Assembly: GCA_016699205.1 (NCBI GenBank)
Contig: CP064964.1
Location: 1 to 32,000, forward strand
Length of the DNA stretch: 32,000 bases
From: Candidatus Saccharimonadota bacterium
GTDB taxonomy: Bacteria > Patescibacteriota > Patescibacteriia > 2-12-FULL-60-25
Direction: 5' to 3'
The notes beneath the pieces are model-generated. The model was not told where the DNA came from. It was given only the letters and a program-made list of their open reading frames with translations, and searched no databases. Below, in pieces: positions 1-9,030 of the stretch; position 1 is the first letter of the stretch, and each line of letters opens with the position of its first letter. The position numbers and the translations under genes are program-made.

Positions 1-160
1 GTAAGGGCTCTTTTTTTATGTATTGAAATTTCAGCTTTTCGTCCTTGGGAAATCCCTGGACTCATCAGTGCCGATTGTATCGACAGAAGCTGGGGATGCG
101 GTAAGGCATTCCCATTGAAGTGATAACCCTGCTTACCCAGGGTGGCGATATCGTCGCCGG

Positions 161-901
161 TCAGTAGGCGAAGTCGTACCCCGGGTGCTCGTTGCCGAGC
201 ACGCGGGTGGCGACACGCCAGAGCGTCGTTGCGGCTCCGCAGTATCCGTCCGAGAAGCGCGAGGTGCGTCCGTAGACGAATGCGCGCTTCAGCGTCTGGA
301 AGTATGCTCCGAAGAACGCCTTCTCGCTGACGCCGTCGTTGTTCACCGTGTCGATGATCGAGCTCGCGGCCTTGTTGAGGTCGAAGAACTCGATCAGACT
401 CGTGCGGCCACCGTCGGTCGCGATTTTCCATCCGAGCGCAGTCCGTAGATCCGGAGCCGACTCGTAGTCGAAGTCGCCGTCGCAGTCGATGACCCCGATG
501 CTGGCGCCGTCCTTCTCGACGATGACCATGAGGGCCATGTCTGTCATGGCGACGCCCAGCCGCTTGGCCAAGCCTCGGTATCGGAGACCGCAGAGGTCGG
601 TCAGGAGCATCTGCTCCTGACCGAGCCTGGTCTTGCGATCGTTGCCGACGAGAACGCCGGTGACCTCGATGTCCTCGAGATTGAGGCGCTCGAGGTTGGC
701 GCGGATCACGTGCGGCGTCAGCGCGTCTGCCTCCCAGTAGAGGGAATGCGCCTCGGTCTCGAGGGCCTTGTAGTCGGGGTGCTTCTGAGCGTCCCCGAGG
801 TTGATGCCGTGCTCACGCGCGATCTGGTCGCGCATGGCGTACGCGCGATCGGATGCGATCTTGGCAGCCGACTGCTTCTCGAAGAACTTTTCGACGGTCA
901 T
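161..901 (-). CDS. hypothetical protein, 246 aa, extreme GC3 (compositional island); no family recognised
   Basis: ATG at 901-899 with AAGGAG (rc of 907-912) 5 nt upstream. The ORF-track start at 1021 lies in AT-rich promoter DNA and is rejected. Codons end almost entirely in C/G (GAC, TTC, CTC, ATC), supporting this frame. Stop TGA at 163-161. Confidence 0.7.
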   Translation of the reverse strand: MTVEKFFEKQSAAKIASDRAYAMRDQIAREHGINLGDAQKHPDYKALETEAHSLYWEADALTPHVIRANLERLNLEDIEVTGVLVGNDRKTRLGQEQMLLTDLCGLRYRGLAKRLGVAMTDMALMVIVEKDGASIGVIDCDGDFDYESAPDLRTALGWKIATDGGRTSLIEFFDLNKAASSIIDTVNNDGVSEKAFFGAYFQTLKRAFVYGRTSRFSDGYCGAATTLWRVATRVLGNEHPGYDFAY

Positions 902-979
902 GGCAACTCCTTGTAGTTGGTTGTTATGGAGCTTGTCATCCAGTGCTTTTGAGTACCAAATGCACTGAATTAACATCAG

Positions 980-1008
980 AATATAGCATAAAATATCGGT
1001 TTTGTCAA
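980..1008 (-). promoter_or_regulatory. sigma70-like promoter for the 161-901 gene
   Basis: On the minus strand: TTGACA (rc 1003-1008), 17-nt spacer, TATATT (rc 980-985). About 80 nt of leader follows, ending in AAGGAG. Confidence 0.45.
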
Positions 1009-1059
1009 GATTTCGTAGCATTATTTATTTTTCGCTACCAATCCGTGTATTATGCCGGA

Positions 1060-1434
1060 ATGCCATCAACTCATGCTACGTTTGTTCAATACGTTGCAGA
1101 AGATGTTTTGTCGGAATTGGAAGTGAAAACCAAGCGTATGTTTGGTGGGCACGGCTTTTATCATGCTGGCAAGATGTTTGGACTTGAAGCAAATGGAAAG
1201 ATCTATTTTAAAGTCGATGATGATACGAGACCGGATTACGAAGCGATGGAAAGCCAACCGTTTCAGTATTCGGCAAAAGATCGCAAAGCGGTAACGATGT
1301 CGTATTGGATGGTTCCGGAGGAAGTGTTGGAGGATCGCGAGAAATCCGTGGCTTGGGCGAGAAAGGCGATTGGTGTCGCCGAGAAGGCAAAAACAAAAAA
1401 GCCCCGACGCACCGCAGAGCGGGGCCAGGGCTAG
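1060..1434 (+). CDS. TfoX/Sxy N-terminal domain protein (124 aa)
   Basis: MPSTHATFVQYVAEDVL...KRMFGGHGFYHAGKMFGLEANGKIYFKVDD...SYWMVPEEVLED matches the TfoX_N pattern. ATG at 1060 is 6 nt after TATTAT (1048-1053). The upstream part of ORF 853-1434 is rejected. Confidence 0.75.
   Translation: MPSTHATFVQYVAEDVLSELEVKTKRMFGGHGFYHAGKMFGLEANGKIYFKVDDDTRPDYEAMESQPFQYSAKDRKAVTMSYWMVPEEVLEDREKSVAWARKAIGVAEKAKTKKPRRTAERGQG
1389..1425 (-). terminator. rho-independent terminator of the NUDIX gene, embedded in the tfoX-like 3' coding end
   Basis: Minus-strand reading is GCCCCG-loop-CGGGGC (1401-1406 / 1420-1425) followed by TTTTTTGTTTTT (rc of 1389-1400). Confidence 0.5.
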
Positions 1435-1436
1435 AG

Positions 1437-1961
1437 TCAGCGTTGCGCGCACCATGCCTTGTACATGGTCCAGGCTCCGAGCGCCTCAAAGGTCGTACGA
1501 CCCGAGAGGATGATCTCATTCCATTCGGAGATGTCGATCCAGTGATGCGTCAGACCATGCTCGCTCGTTTCGAGATCGGGTTTACCGGTGTCGATCGGAT
1601 CGTGGCAGGTGAAGACATGGTCGTAGGTGCAGCCGAGAACCCAGGCTTTGCCGACATACTCGACCGTTTCTGCTGCGTGGCCCGTTTCCTCACGCAGCTC
1701 GCGAATCGCAGCTTGTGCGTGGGTTTCTCCGGCGTTGAGCGTGCCTGCGGGGAATTCGACCAGACGCACATCGGCTCTGTGGCGATCCTGCTTGACGACG
1801 AGGAGCTTGCGGTCGCGTTCGCAGATGACGATAGCGCCATCGGGGCGTTCGCGTGCATAGTAGTCGATCTCGGAACCGTTGGGGAGGCGGACGCGATCGT
1901 GCAGGACACGAAAGAACGGATTTTGATGGATGATCTTACTAGAAAGAATTACGGATTTCAT
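1437..1961 (-). CDS. NUDIX hydrolase (ADP-ribose pyrophosphatase-like), 174 aa
   Basis: Nudix box GTLNAGETHAQAAIRELREETG. ATG at 1961-1959 with GGAGG 8 nt upstream. The long N-terminal extension of ORF 1437-2540 is rejected. GC is visibly higher than in neighbours. Confidence 0.85.
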   Translation of the reverse strand: MKSVILSSKIIHQNPFFRVLHDRVRLPNGSEIDYYARERPDGAIVICERDRKLLVVKQDRHRADVRLVEFPAGTLNAGETHAQAAIRELREETGHAAETVEYVGKAWVLGCTYDHVFTCHDPIDTGKPDLETSEHGLTHHWIDISEWNEIILSGRTTFEALGAWTMYKAWCAQR

Positions 1962-2030
1962 TCCAAAACCTCCGCGTCTGAAATTAGCAGGGTTTGGCCT
2001 AATCGGCAACGGTACTGATAGACTGTGCGC

Positions 2031-3017
2031 ATGAAGAAGATTTTGATGGTTTCCGGTCTCGCGTTGGCGCTTCTTGGGGCTGGATGTTCTACTGAGTCGC
2101 CTGCGTTTTTGGATCAAACCCAGTATGGCGTCAGTTTGACTCCCGAGGCTTTTGACGGAACTTCTTTTGAACGATTCATGGCGATGGTTCCGGAGGCTGG
2201 CGGCGTACTTAGCTGGGCAGGCGAGGGGACAGAGTTGGCGGCGGAGAAAAATGCTGGAGCGGTTGTGCTTGGTTTGGCGAGACAGAGAGCATGGTTCCCG
2301 GTGATTGTAACGGGTGCGAAAACATCGATCGTGAATGATGCCCAGAAACTCGCTGCGCTTCAGAAGACGCTTGTTGATTTTGCCAAACGTGAACAGCCGC
2401 CGTATCTCGCGATTGGAAATGAGATTAATTTTTCTTATCAGGGCGATAAAGAGCGTGATGCGATGGTGAATTTTTTTAAGGATACGTATCGCAAAGTGAA
2501 ACAGGTGAGTCCGCAGACGCGCGTATTTCCCATATTCCAACTTGAATGGATGAAAGGTTTGAAAGGAGGATTGTTTGGCGGAAAGGATGATGCGGCCTCC
2601 GCTGAATGGGATTTGCTCAACCGATTCCCGGATGCGGATCTTGTCGCGTTTACTTCTTATCCGAGTTTAGCGTTCAAGAGTCCGGCTGATGTACCGGCGG
2701 ATTATTATTCGGAAATCGCTAAACATACCAATAAGCGTGTTGCGTTTACAGAAATCGGTTGGTTTCGAGTGGGACCGCAAGCAGCTGGATGGGAGAGTTC
2801 GCCAGAGGAGCAGGCGGAGTTTGTGCGACGTGTGCCGGCATTGATTGAATCGGCCAATCCGATCTTTGTGATTTGGCCATTTCTTTTTGATCAAATGATC
2901 GGTCCGCCGTTTGAGCATATGGGTTTATTGCCGCCGACTTCATCGACAACGCCTGGTTGGGAAGCGTGGAAAGAGATCGCTGCGCCGAGCCTCGACAACT
3001 TGGACGAGCAACGGTAA
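2031..3017 (+). CDS. putative lipoprotein, TIM-barrel glycoside-hydrolase-like (clan GH-A style NE...E motifs)
   Basis: Signal peptide and lipobox-like [18 protein letters not shown]|C. AIGNEINF and FTEIGW resemble the acid/base and nucleophile Glu motifs of GH-A hydrolases. ATG at 2031 is preferred over GTG at 2025. Confidence 0.6.
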   Translation: MKKILMVSGLALALLGAGCSTESPAFLDQTQYGVSLTPEAFDGTSFERFMAMVPEAGGVLSWAGEGTELAAEKNAGAVVLGLARQRAWFPVIVTGAKTSIVNDAQKLAALQKTLVDFAKREQPPYLAIGNEINFSYQGDKERDAMVNFFKDTYRKVKQVSPQTRVFPIFQLEWMKGLKGGLFGGKDDAASAEWDLLNRFPDADLVAFTSYPSLAFKSPADVPADYYSEIAKHTNKRVAFTEIGWFRVGPQAAGWESSPEEQAEFVRRVPALIESANPIFVIWPFLFDQMIGPPFEHMGLLPPTSSTTPGWEAWKEIAAPSLDNLDEQR

Positions 3018-3053
3018 AGTTCAGCCAGCCTTCCGGGGCCGATTTTTCTGTCT

Positions 3054-4148
3054 ATGCAAGATAAAATAGTGATTCGCGGAGCACGCGAACATAACCTCAA
3101 AAACATTTCGTTGGAGCTGCCTCGCAACAAAATGATCGTGTTTACAGGCTTGTCCGGTTCCGGCAAGTCGTCCTTGGCTTTTGATACGATTTTTGCAGAA
3201 GGCCAGCGCCGATATGTGGAGTCGCTTTCATCGTATGCGCGACAATTTTTGGGACAGATGGATAAACCGGATGTGGATGAAATCGAGGGATTGAGCCCGG
3301 CGATTTCTATCGATCAAAAGGCGCACTCGGCCAACCCGCGCTCTACGGTCGCCACGATTACGGAGATTTACGACTATCTGCGTGTTTTGTATGCGCGTGT
3401 CGGTAAGCCGCATTGTCCTATTTGCCGCAAGCCGATCCGTAAGATGACCATTGATGAAATGGTTGATCGTGTTTTGAAGCGCACGGATGAAATTCATCGC
3501 ACAACGCCGGTTGGAGGAAAGGCTCCCAAGTTTACCAATGAGGTGACGGTGATGGCGCCAGTTGTTCGCGGACGCAAGGGTGAATATAGCCAGTTGATGC
3601 AGGATTTGTTTGAAGCCGGATTTATCGATGTACGCGTGAATGGCAAGATGTATAGCTTGCGCGATCGTATTCCGTTGTCACGTTACAAACAGCACAATAT
3701 TGAAGTGGTGATCGACCGCGTGCCGATTGCTTGGCCAGTAGAAGGAAATAAACAGTTACAGTCGCGTTTGAATGAAGCGATCGAGATGGCGATTGATCGA
3801 TCTGAAGATAACGTGATGGTTATTTTGGATGATGGATCGGAATTGCTCATGTCCGCACGTTTTTCTTGTCCGGATGACGGTTTTGCGTTTCCGGAGATCG
3901 AGCCGCGTTTGTTTTCGTTCAACTCGCCGTATGGCGCTTGTCCGACGTGTAATGGTTTAGGAACCAAGGATCTTTGGTCGGAGGAAACATGCGAGGCTTG
4001 TCACGGAAATCGTTTGCGAACGGAATCGTTGTTTGTTTGGTTGGGAGATAACAAGAATATCGTCGATGTTTCCGCGATGCCGATTACGGATGCGGCGGAT
4101 TTCTTTTTGGGACTGCCGATTAACAAAACGGAAGAAAAGATCGCCTAG
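3054..4148 (+). CDS. uvrA: excinuclease ABC subunit A, N-terminal fragment (364 aa)
   Basis: [67 protein letters not shown] (Walker A of module I). Zinc motifs HCPICRK and [10 protein letters not shown]...CEACHGNRL. Ends at TAG 4146-4148. Confidence 0.85.
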   Translation: MQDKIVIRGAREHNLKNISLELPRNKMIVFTGLSGSGKSSLAFDTIFAEGQRRYVESLSSYARQFLGQMDKPDVDEIEGLSPAISIDQKAHSANPRSTVATITEIYDYLRVLYARVGKPHCPICRKPIRKMTIDEMVDRVLKRTDEIHRTTPVGGKAPKFTNEVTVMAPVVRGRKGEYSQLMQDLFEAGFIDVRVNGKMYSLRDRIPLSRYKQHNIEVVIDRVPIAWPVEGNKQLQSRLNEAIEMAIDRSEDNVMVILDDGSELLMSARFSCPDDGFAFPEIEPRLFSFNSPYGACPTCNGLGTKDLWSEETCEACHGNRLRTESLFVWLGDNKNIVDVSAMPITDAADFFLGLPINKTEEKIA

Positions 4149-4154
4149 CCGATT

Positions 4155-5603
4155 ATGCGCGAGATTGTAGCGCGACTTTCTTTTTTGCTTGATGTTGGAC
4201 TTGAATATCTGACATTGAATAGAACGGCAGGAACATTGTCCGGTGGTGAAGCACAGCGCATTCGATTGGCTTCGCAAATCGGTTCGCGTCTTGTCGGTGC
4301 TTTGTATGTGCTCGATGAACCGACGATTGGATTGCATCAGCGCGATAACCAGCGATTGGTTGATACGCTGACGAAGCTTCGTGATATCGGAAATACGATT
4401 ATCGTTGTCGAACATGATGAAGATACGATTCGCGCTTCCGATTATTTGGTCGACATTGGTCCGGGGGCCGGAAAGCATGGTGGTCATATTGTTGCGGAGG
4501 GACCGATGCCAAAGGTTTTGCAGAATAAGGATAGCGTCACTTGTGCCTATTTGCGCGGCGACAAAGTGATCCCGATGCCAAATAAGCGTCGTGAGCCAGC
4601 CAAGGAACACATCACGATTCACGGAGCAACGGAAAATAATTTGAAAGACGTAACAGTGAAGATTCCGCTGCGTCGTTTTGTGTGTGTGACGGGAGTTTCA
4701 GGCTCGGGTAAGTCGACACTGACTATCGATGTTTTGTATCGCGAGTTAGCGCGCAAGCTGAATGGATCGACGGTGAAAGCGGGAAAGCATGGCGGTGTTG
4801 ATGGTATTGATTGGCTGGATAAGGTTGTTGACGTTGACCAGAGCGCGATCGGTCGTACGCCGCGTTCTAACCCGGCAACATATACAGGAATCTGGAATCA
4901 TGTTCGTGAGATTTTTACATTGACACCGGAAGCTCGTGTGCGCGGCTACAAGGTCGGACGATTCTCGTTTAACGTTCCTGGCGGTCGATGCGAACATTGT
5001 GAAGGAAATGGCCAACTCGCCATTGAGATGCACTTTTTGCCGACGGTGTATGTGCCTTGTGATATTTGTAAGGGACGACGTTTCAATCGTGAAACGCTTG
5101 AGGTGAAATACAAGGATAAGAATATTCACCAGATTCTCTCGATGACGGTTGAGGAAGGCGCGAAATTCTTCCGCGATGTTCCGCCGATTTATGATCGTTT
5201 GAAGATTATGGAGGAGGTTGGTTTGGCGTATATCACGCTTGGACAATCAGCGACGACATTGTCCGGTGGTGAGGCGCAGCGTATTAAATTATCGACGGAA
5301 CTCGCCAAGCGCGATACGGGAAAGACATTCTATTTGTTGGATGAGCCGACCACGGGTCTTCACTTTGAGGATATTCGAAAATTACTGGAGGTGTTACATC
5401 GTCTTGTGGCGCGTGGAAATACGGTGATGGTGATCGAGCACAACCTCGACGTGATCAAGAATGCGGATTGGATTATTGATATGGGACCGGAAGGCGGTGA
5501 TAAGGGAGGTAAAGTCATTGCGCAGGGAACGCCGGAGGATGTGGCCAAGTCGCCGAAGAGTTTTACGGGGAAGTATTTGAAGGAGGTTTTGAAAAAGAGA
5601 TGA
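4155..5603 (+). CDS. uvrA: excinuclease ABC subunit A, C-terminal fragment (482 aa)
   Basis: [17 protein letters not shown]...[11 protein letters not shown] (signature and Walker B of module I). [18 protein letters not shown]...[34 protein letters not shown] (module II). Confidence 0.85.
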   Translation: MREIVARLSFLLDVGLEYLTLNRTAGTLSGGEAQRIRLASQIGSRLVGALYVLDEPTIGLHQRDNQRLVDTLTKLRDIGNTIIVVEHDEDTIRASDYLVDIGPGAGKHGGHIVAEGPMPKVLQNKDSVTCAYLRGDKVIPMPNKRREPAKEHITIHGATENNLKDVTVKIPLRRFVCVTGVSGSGKSTLTIDVLYRELARKLNGSTVKAGKHGGVDGIDWLDKVVDVDQSAIGRTPRSNPATYTGIWNHVREIFTLTPEARVRGYKVGRFSFNVPGGRCEHCEGNGQLAIEMHFLPTVYVPCDICKGRRFNRETLEVKYKDKNIHQILSMTVEEGAKFFRDVPPIYDRLKIMEEVGLAYITLGQSATTLSGGEAQRIKLSTELAKRDTGKTFYLLDEPTTGLHFEDIRKLLEVLHRLVARGNTVMVIEHNLDVIKNADWIIDMGPEGGDKGGKVIAQGTPEDVAKSPKSFTGKYLKEVLKKR

Positions 5604-6880
5604 TCCCAACCCAAATCAAAATCAAGAATGGCGAGTTGCCATCAAATCCGGGCGTTTACATCATGAAGAACGCCAAGGGAACGGTTTTGTATGTGGGAAA
5701 GGCGGTTTCACTTAAGCGTCGGGTGCAGCAGCATTTTGATCGACCGCATGGTCCGCAGATTCCGGAGATGACCAAGCAGGTTACGGAGATTGATTATATC
5801 GAAAAACCGACGGCGCTTGAGGCGCTTGTGCTTGAGGCGAACCTGATCAAGCATTTTTGGCCTAAGTACAACGTGATGCAGAAAGATAATAAGTCTTTCA
5901 TGTATTTGGGAATTACGGATGAGGATTTTCCGCGGCCGCTTCTTGTGCGCGGAACAGATCTCGATGATGAGACGGCAAAGAAATATAAAGTGGTGTTTGG
6001 ACCGTATACGTCGTCACGCTCGTTGAAGGCGGCGATGGATTTGGTACGCAAGGCTTTTCCGTGGTCGACTTGTATTCCAGGACAGAAGCGAGCGTGTTTT
6101 TATCATCATTTGAAATTGTGTCCGGGAGTTTGTGTTGATGCGGTTGATAAAAAAGTTTATCAGAAGACGATTCGGGATTTGATCCGCTTCTTTGAAGGTA
6201 AGAAGGAAGATATTTTGAAAGATTATAAGAAACAGATGACGAAGCTTGCGAAAGAAAAGAGATTCGAGGAGGCTGCGGAAATTCGTAATAAAGTCTATTT
6301 CCTCGAACACATTCAAGATGTGGCGGTATTGCGGCGAGATGATGAGCAAGTCGATCGCATCAAGCCGGGTGAGGGGATGGCGGTGAATTTGTTTGGACGT
6401 ATCGAGGGATATGATATTTCAAATATTTCTGGTACATCGCAAGTTGCCTCGATGGTCGTGTTTGAAAATGGCGCGCCTGCAAAAGCGGAATATCGAAAGT
6501 TTAAGATTAAATCAGTGGAAGGGCCGAATGATGTCGCATCGATGAGGGAGACGTTGATGCGTCGATTCAAGCATGACGAGTGGCGCATGCCGGATTTGAT
6601 TTTGATCGACGGGGGTTTGCCTCAGGTGCACGCCGCCGAAGAAGTGATGCATCATTTGAATATCCAGATACCGGTCGTCGGTATCGCCAAAGGAGCGCAA
6701 CGAAAGAGGAACGATATTATTTGTTCGCAAGTCTCAATCGAGCTATGCGAGTTGTGTCGTAAGTATGTCGATTTGTTGGCGCAGGTGAGGGATGAGGCGC
6801 ATCGATTTGCGATTACGTTCCATAAATCTGTCCGTAGCAGAGCCTTTTTAGGTAAAACAGGGAAACGAACTGGTAAATAG
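5600..6880 (+). CDS. uvrC: excinuclease ABC subunit C, short form (426 aa; no C-terminal HhH2 region seen)
   Basis: GIY-YIG N-terminus ([26 protein letters not shown]), UVR-like [16 protein letters not shown], endonuclease-domain [12 protein letters not shown] and [13 protein letters not shown] overlap with the uvrA stop. Confidence 0.88.
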   Translation: MIPTQIKIKNGELPSNPGVYIMKNAKGTVLYVGKAVSLKRRVQQHFDRPHGPQIPEMTKQVTEIDYIEKPTALEALVLEANLIKHFWPKYNVMQKDNKSFMYLGITDEDFPRPLLVRGTDLDDETAKKYKVVFGPYTSSRSLKAAMDLVRKAFPWSTCIPGQKRACFYHHLKLCPGVCVDAVDKKVYQKTIRDLIRFFEGKKEDILKDYKKQMTKLAKEKRFEEAAEIRNKVYFLEHIQDVAVLRRDDEQVDRIKPGEGMAVNLFGRIEGYDISNISGTSQVASMVVFENGAPAKAEYRKFKIKSVEGPNDVASMRETLMRRFKHDEWRMPDLILIDGGLPQVHAAEEVMHHLNIQIPVVGIAKGAQRKRNDIICSQVSIELCELCRKYVDLLAQVRDEAHRFAITFHKSVRSRAFLGKTGKRTGK

Positions 6881-6913
6881 GTTGGCTGGCGCTGGAGGGG
6901 TTGACAAGAATCA

Positions 6914-6941
6914 TTGAATTTGAGCCAAAAGAGCCTAAACT
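6914..6941 (+). promoter_or_regulatory. candidate promoter for the arginine kinase gene
   Basis: TTGAAT (6914-6919), 16-nt spacer, TAAACT (6936-6941) in the AT-rich flank just before GC rises. A TTGACA at 6901-6906 has no matching -10. Confidence 0.3.
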
Positions 6942-6981
6942 GTCAGGGCCCCATTTTTTGGGTTCTGAAAGGTTTTTACTC

Positions 6982-8070
6982 ATGCAGACACAGGCTCATC
7001 CCTCCAACGGTCACTCCTCTCCTATGTCCGATTCCCCGTCCCTCAACCCCCAGATGCTGATGCTGAAGCACCTCGCGGCGCTCGATCAGCGAACCCGCCA
7101 CGAGCTTCTCCAGAAGCGCACCTCGTCCAACTTCACGCTGGGCATGGCGGTCATCAGCGGCACGCTGAACCTCGACTCCGGAGTCGGCGCCTACGCCGGC
7201 GACGCCGAGGCGTACGACATGTTCGAGCCGTTCTTCGGCCCGCTCATCGCCGAGTATCACGGGTTCTCGGGGAACCACGTGACGGATTTCGACGTGACCA
7301 AGATCCCGACCGATCCGGTCGATCCGACGGGGGAGGCCATCGTCTCGACGCGCATCCGCGTGGGCCGCAACCTCAAGAACTACCCGCTCGCGCCGATGAT
7401 CTCCAAGGAGCAGCGCCTCGAGATCATGGAGCGCGCCGCGGCGACGTTCAAGGAGAAGTTCACGGGCGACCTCGCCGGCGACTTCTACCCGCTCGAGGGC
7501 ATGGACGAGAACGTCCGTCAGCAGCTCGTGAACGATCACTTCCTGTTCAAGCAGGGTGACCGCTTCCTCGAGGTCGTCGGTGCGAACCACGACTGGCCGT
7601 CCGGTCGCGGCATCTTCCACAACGCCGACAAGACGGCGCTCGTGTGGACCAACGAGGAGGACCAGTTCCGCATCATCTCGATGCAGAAGGGCGGAGACAT
7701 CCGCCAGGTCTTCGATCGTCTCGCCCGCATGGTGGCGATCCTGAACGATGCCCTGCCCTTTGCGTACCACGAGAAGTACGGCGCGATCACCTCGTGTCCG
7801 ACCAACCTCGGCACCGCGATGCGCGCGTCGGTCCACGTGAAGCTCCCGTTCGTGAGCGCACGTCCCGACTTCAAGCAGCTCGCCCAGGACCTCAAGCTCT
7901 CGATCCGTGGCATCCACGGCGAGCACTCCGAGTCCGAGGGCGGTGTCTACGACATCTCCAACAAGCGCCGCTTGGGCGTCTCGGAGGTCGAGGCCGTGCT
8001 CACGATGTACGAGGGTATCAAGCGCCTGCTCGAGATCGAGCGCGAGATGTCGGCCAAGGCGGCTGCCTAG
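6982..8070 (+). CDS. arginine kinase / phosphagen kinase, eukaryote-like two-domain type (ATP:guanidino phosphotransferase)
   Basis: LDSGVGAYAGDAEAYDMF, WPSGRGIFHNADKTALVWTNEEDQFRIISMQKGGD, active-site CPTNLGT, RGIHGEHSESEGGVYDISNKRRLG. The N-terminal helical domain is present. Start is uncertain (ATG 6982 or 7024; the ORF-track TTG at 6901 is rejected). Extreme GC3. Confidence 0.9.
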   Translation: MQTQAHPSNGHSSPMSDSPSLNPQMLMLKHLAALDQRTRHELLQKRTSSNFTLGMAVISGTLNLDSGVGAYAGDAEAYDMFEPFFGPLIAEYHGFSGNHVTDFDVTKIPTDPVDPTGEAIVSTRIRVGRNLKNYPLAPMISKEQRLEIMERAAATFKEKFTGDLAGDFYPLEGMDENVRQQLVNDHFLFKQGDRFLEVVGANHDWPSGRGIFHNADKTALVWTNEEDQFRIISMQKGGDIRQVFDRLARMVAILNDALPFAYHEKYGAITSCPTNLGTAMRASVHVKLPFVSARPDFKQLAQDLKLSIRGIHGEHSESEGGVYDISNKRRLGVSEVEAVLTMYEGIKRLLEIEREMSAKAAA

Positions 8071-8080
8071 ATCGCATGAG

Positions 8081-8142
8081 AGAGACCTTCCGGTCTCTGC
8101 CGAGCCCTTCCTGCGAAAGCGGGGAGGGCTCTTTCGTTTTTT
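8081..8142 (+). terminator. tandem-hairpin rho-independent terminator (copy 1 of a repeated terminator element)
   Basis: AGAGACC-TTCC-GGTCTCT (8081-8098). Then a 13-bp stem GAGCCCTTCCTGC-GAAA-GCGGGGAGGGCTC (8102-8131) with a GNRA loop, followed by TTTCGTTTTTT. G-U pairs occur only in the plus-strand reading. Confidence 0.75.
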
Positions 8143-8857
8143 AGAGACGTTCGTACAGAGCTTTGAAGATGTGTTTGATGAACTTTGCAAAAGCCGGGTT
8201 TTGAATTTCTAGAACTGATTCAGAATTGTAATCCAAAAAAAGCGTTGTATCGCCGTAGATGTAAGCGTTCACGTTGTGATCAAAGGGATCTTTTCCACCC
8301 AGAATTTTTACAGCTCGCTCAAGTTTAGGTGTGTATGTCGGTGCTAAAGCTGCATTCGTGATAACAAAATGCTCCGGCTTAATTTGTGCATCGGCTTTTA
8401 AGTATTTCTCGGTTAAATACTTTTTCCAATCAGATTTTGGGTTGCGTGAAGAGAAGCGGTAATAGATGTCGCCCTTCTTGAGGCTCGTGATAAATCGGTC
8501 TAAGGCATCTCTTACCGCAGGACGACCATGGTTGATTCGGATATCAGGACGGGTTGATTGGGTGGCTGACATGGATTCAAGTTCTGGCAGGATTTCTTGA
8601 AGCGTGCGAGTGCGTTGCTCGGTGATATTGCTCAATACACTTGGATCGCTAGCGACAAAGAGTTTGCGTTTACCTTTACGGGATTCTTGAAGAAGTCCCG
8701 CTGATACCAAAGAGGGGATGGCTTTATAGATATTTACGCGATGCAAGCCTGTGCGTCGGGAAATTTCCGCGATTGCGGCTGGGCCATCAGCTAACAAAGC
8801 GAGATAGATCTCGGCCTGTTCTTTGGGCAAACCGATCTCGATGAGTTTATTTAACAT
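8141..8857 (-). CDS. TrmB-family HTH transcriptional regulator (238 aa)
   Basis: MLNKLIEIGLPKEQAEIYLALLADGPAAIAEISRRTGLHRVNIYKAIPSLVSAGLL is a TrmB-type winged helix. ATG 8857 sits 7 nt after a perfect TTGACA-17-TATATT promoter, so this start is preferred over GTG 8878. Confidence 0.8.
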   Translation of the reverse strand: MLNKLIEIGLPKEQAEIYLALLADGPAAIAEISRRTGLHRVNIYKAIPSLVSAGLLQESRKGKRKLFVASDPSVLSNITEQRTRTLQEILPELESMSATQSTRPDIRINHGRPAVRDALDRFITSLKKGDIYYRFSSRNPKSDWKKYLTEKYLKADAQIKPEHFVITNAALAPTYTPKLERAVKILGGKDPFDHNVNAYIYGDTTLFLDYNSESVLEIQNPAFAKFIKHIFKALYERL

Positions 8858-8864
8858 AATTGTC

Positions 8865-8893
8865 AATATATATGACACTTTTTATTATGTCAA
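8865..8893 (-). promoter_or_regulatory. leaderless-type promoter of the trmB-like gene
   Basis: Minus strand: TTGACA (rc 8888-8893), 17 nt, TATATT (rc 8865-8870), 7 nt, ATG. Confidence 0.55.
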
Positions 8894-9030
8894 TTTTGCC
8901 AATGTTTATAGTATTAATAGGCGTATATTTATCTATAAACATGACACAAATGATCATTATTTATACATAAAATTAAGTATTTGCGTTAGGTTGTTGGTGC
9001 GAGCACATAACGTTCGCAAGGAGTATGAAC

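Larger units (their letters stand above)
3054..5603 (+). pseudogene. uvrA: uvrA reading frame as a whole, interrupted by a single in-frame TAG at 4146-4148 (pseudogene, split gene or read-through)
   Basis: ORFs 3054-4148 and 4155-5603 share one frame and are colinear with full-length UvrA. There is no indel at the junction. Confidence 0.5.

Noticed and set aside
1305-2018. 237-aa plus-strand ORF, and the 367-aa version of ORF 1437-2540
   Set aside because: The 237-aa ORF is antisense to the NUDIX hydrolase. The long minus-strand ORF includes about 190 codons of AT-rich sequence antisense to the lipoprotein gene. The SD-preceded ATG at 1961 gives a normal-length NUDIX protein.
4146-4148. TAG reassignment (alternative genetic code) as the explanation for the in-frame stop in uvrA
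   Set aside because: TAG is used as the terminator of several well-delimited genes here: tfoX-like 1432-1434, uvrC 6878-6880, arginine kinase 8068-8070, the 9031 gene 9442-9444, DUF192 17511-17513, recR, and 30806-30808. No other conserved gene contains an internal TAG.
3957-4622. 221-aa minus-strand ORF spanning the uvrA TAG site
   Set aside because: It is antisense to conserved uvrA sequence on both sides of the stop, and there is no independent support for it.
6887-6912. Possible att-type duplicate of the tRNA-like 3' end at the far side of the accessory segment (GGCGCTGGAGGGGTTGACAAGAA versus GGCGAGGGGGATTCGAAC)
   Set aside because: Similarity is limited to a GGCG...AGGGG..TT core with gaps. 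That is too weak to call a direct repeat, and no integrase is present.
6976-8190. 404-aa ORF on the minus strand, plus 7536-7913, 7644-8144 and 7907-8212
   Set aside because: These are shadow ORFs antisense to, or out of frame with, the arginine kinase. High GC suppresses stop codons in all frames. The plus-strand frame has unmistakable family motifs, and the 404-aa translation is Arg/Ala/Gly/Leu-rich nonsense.
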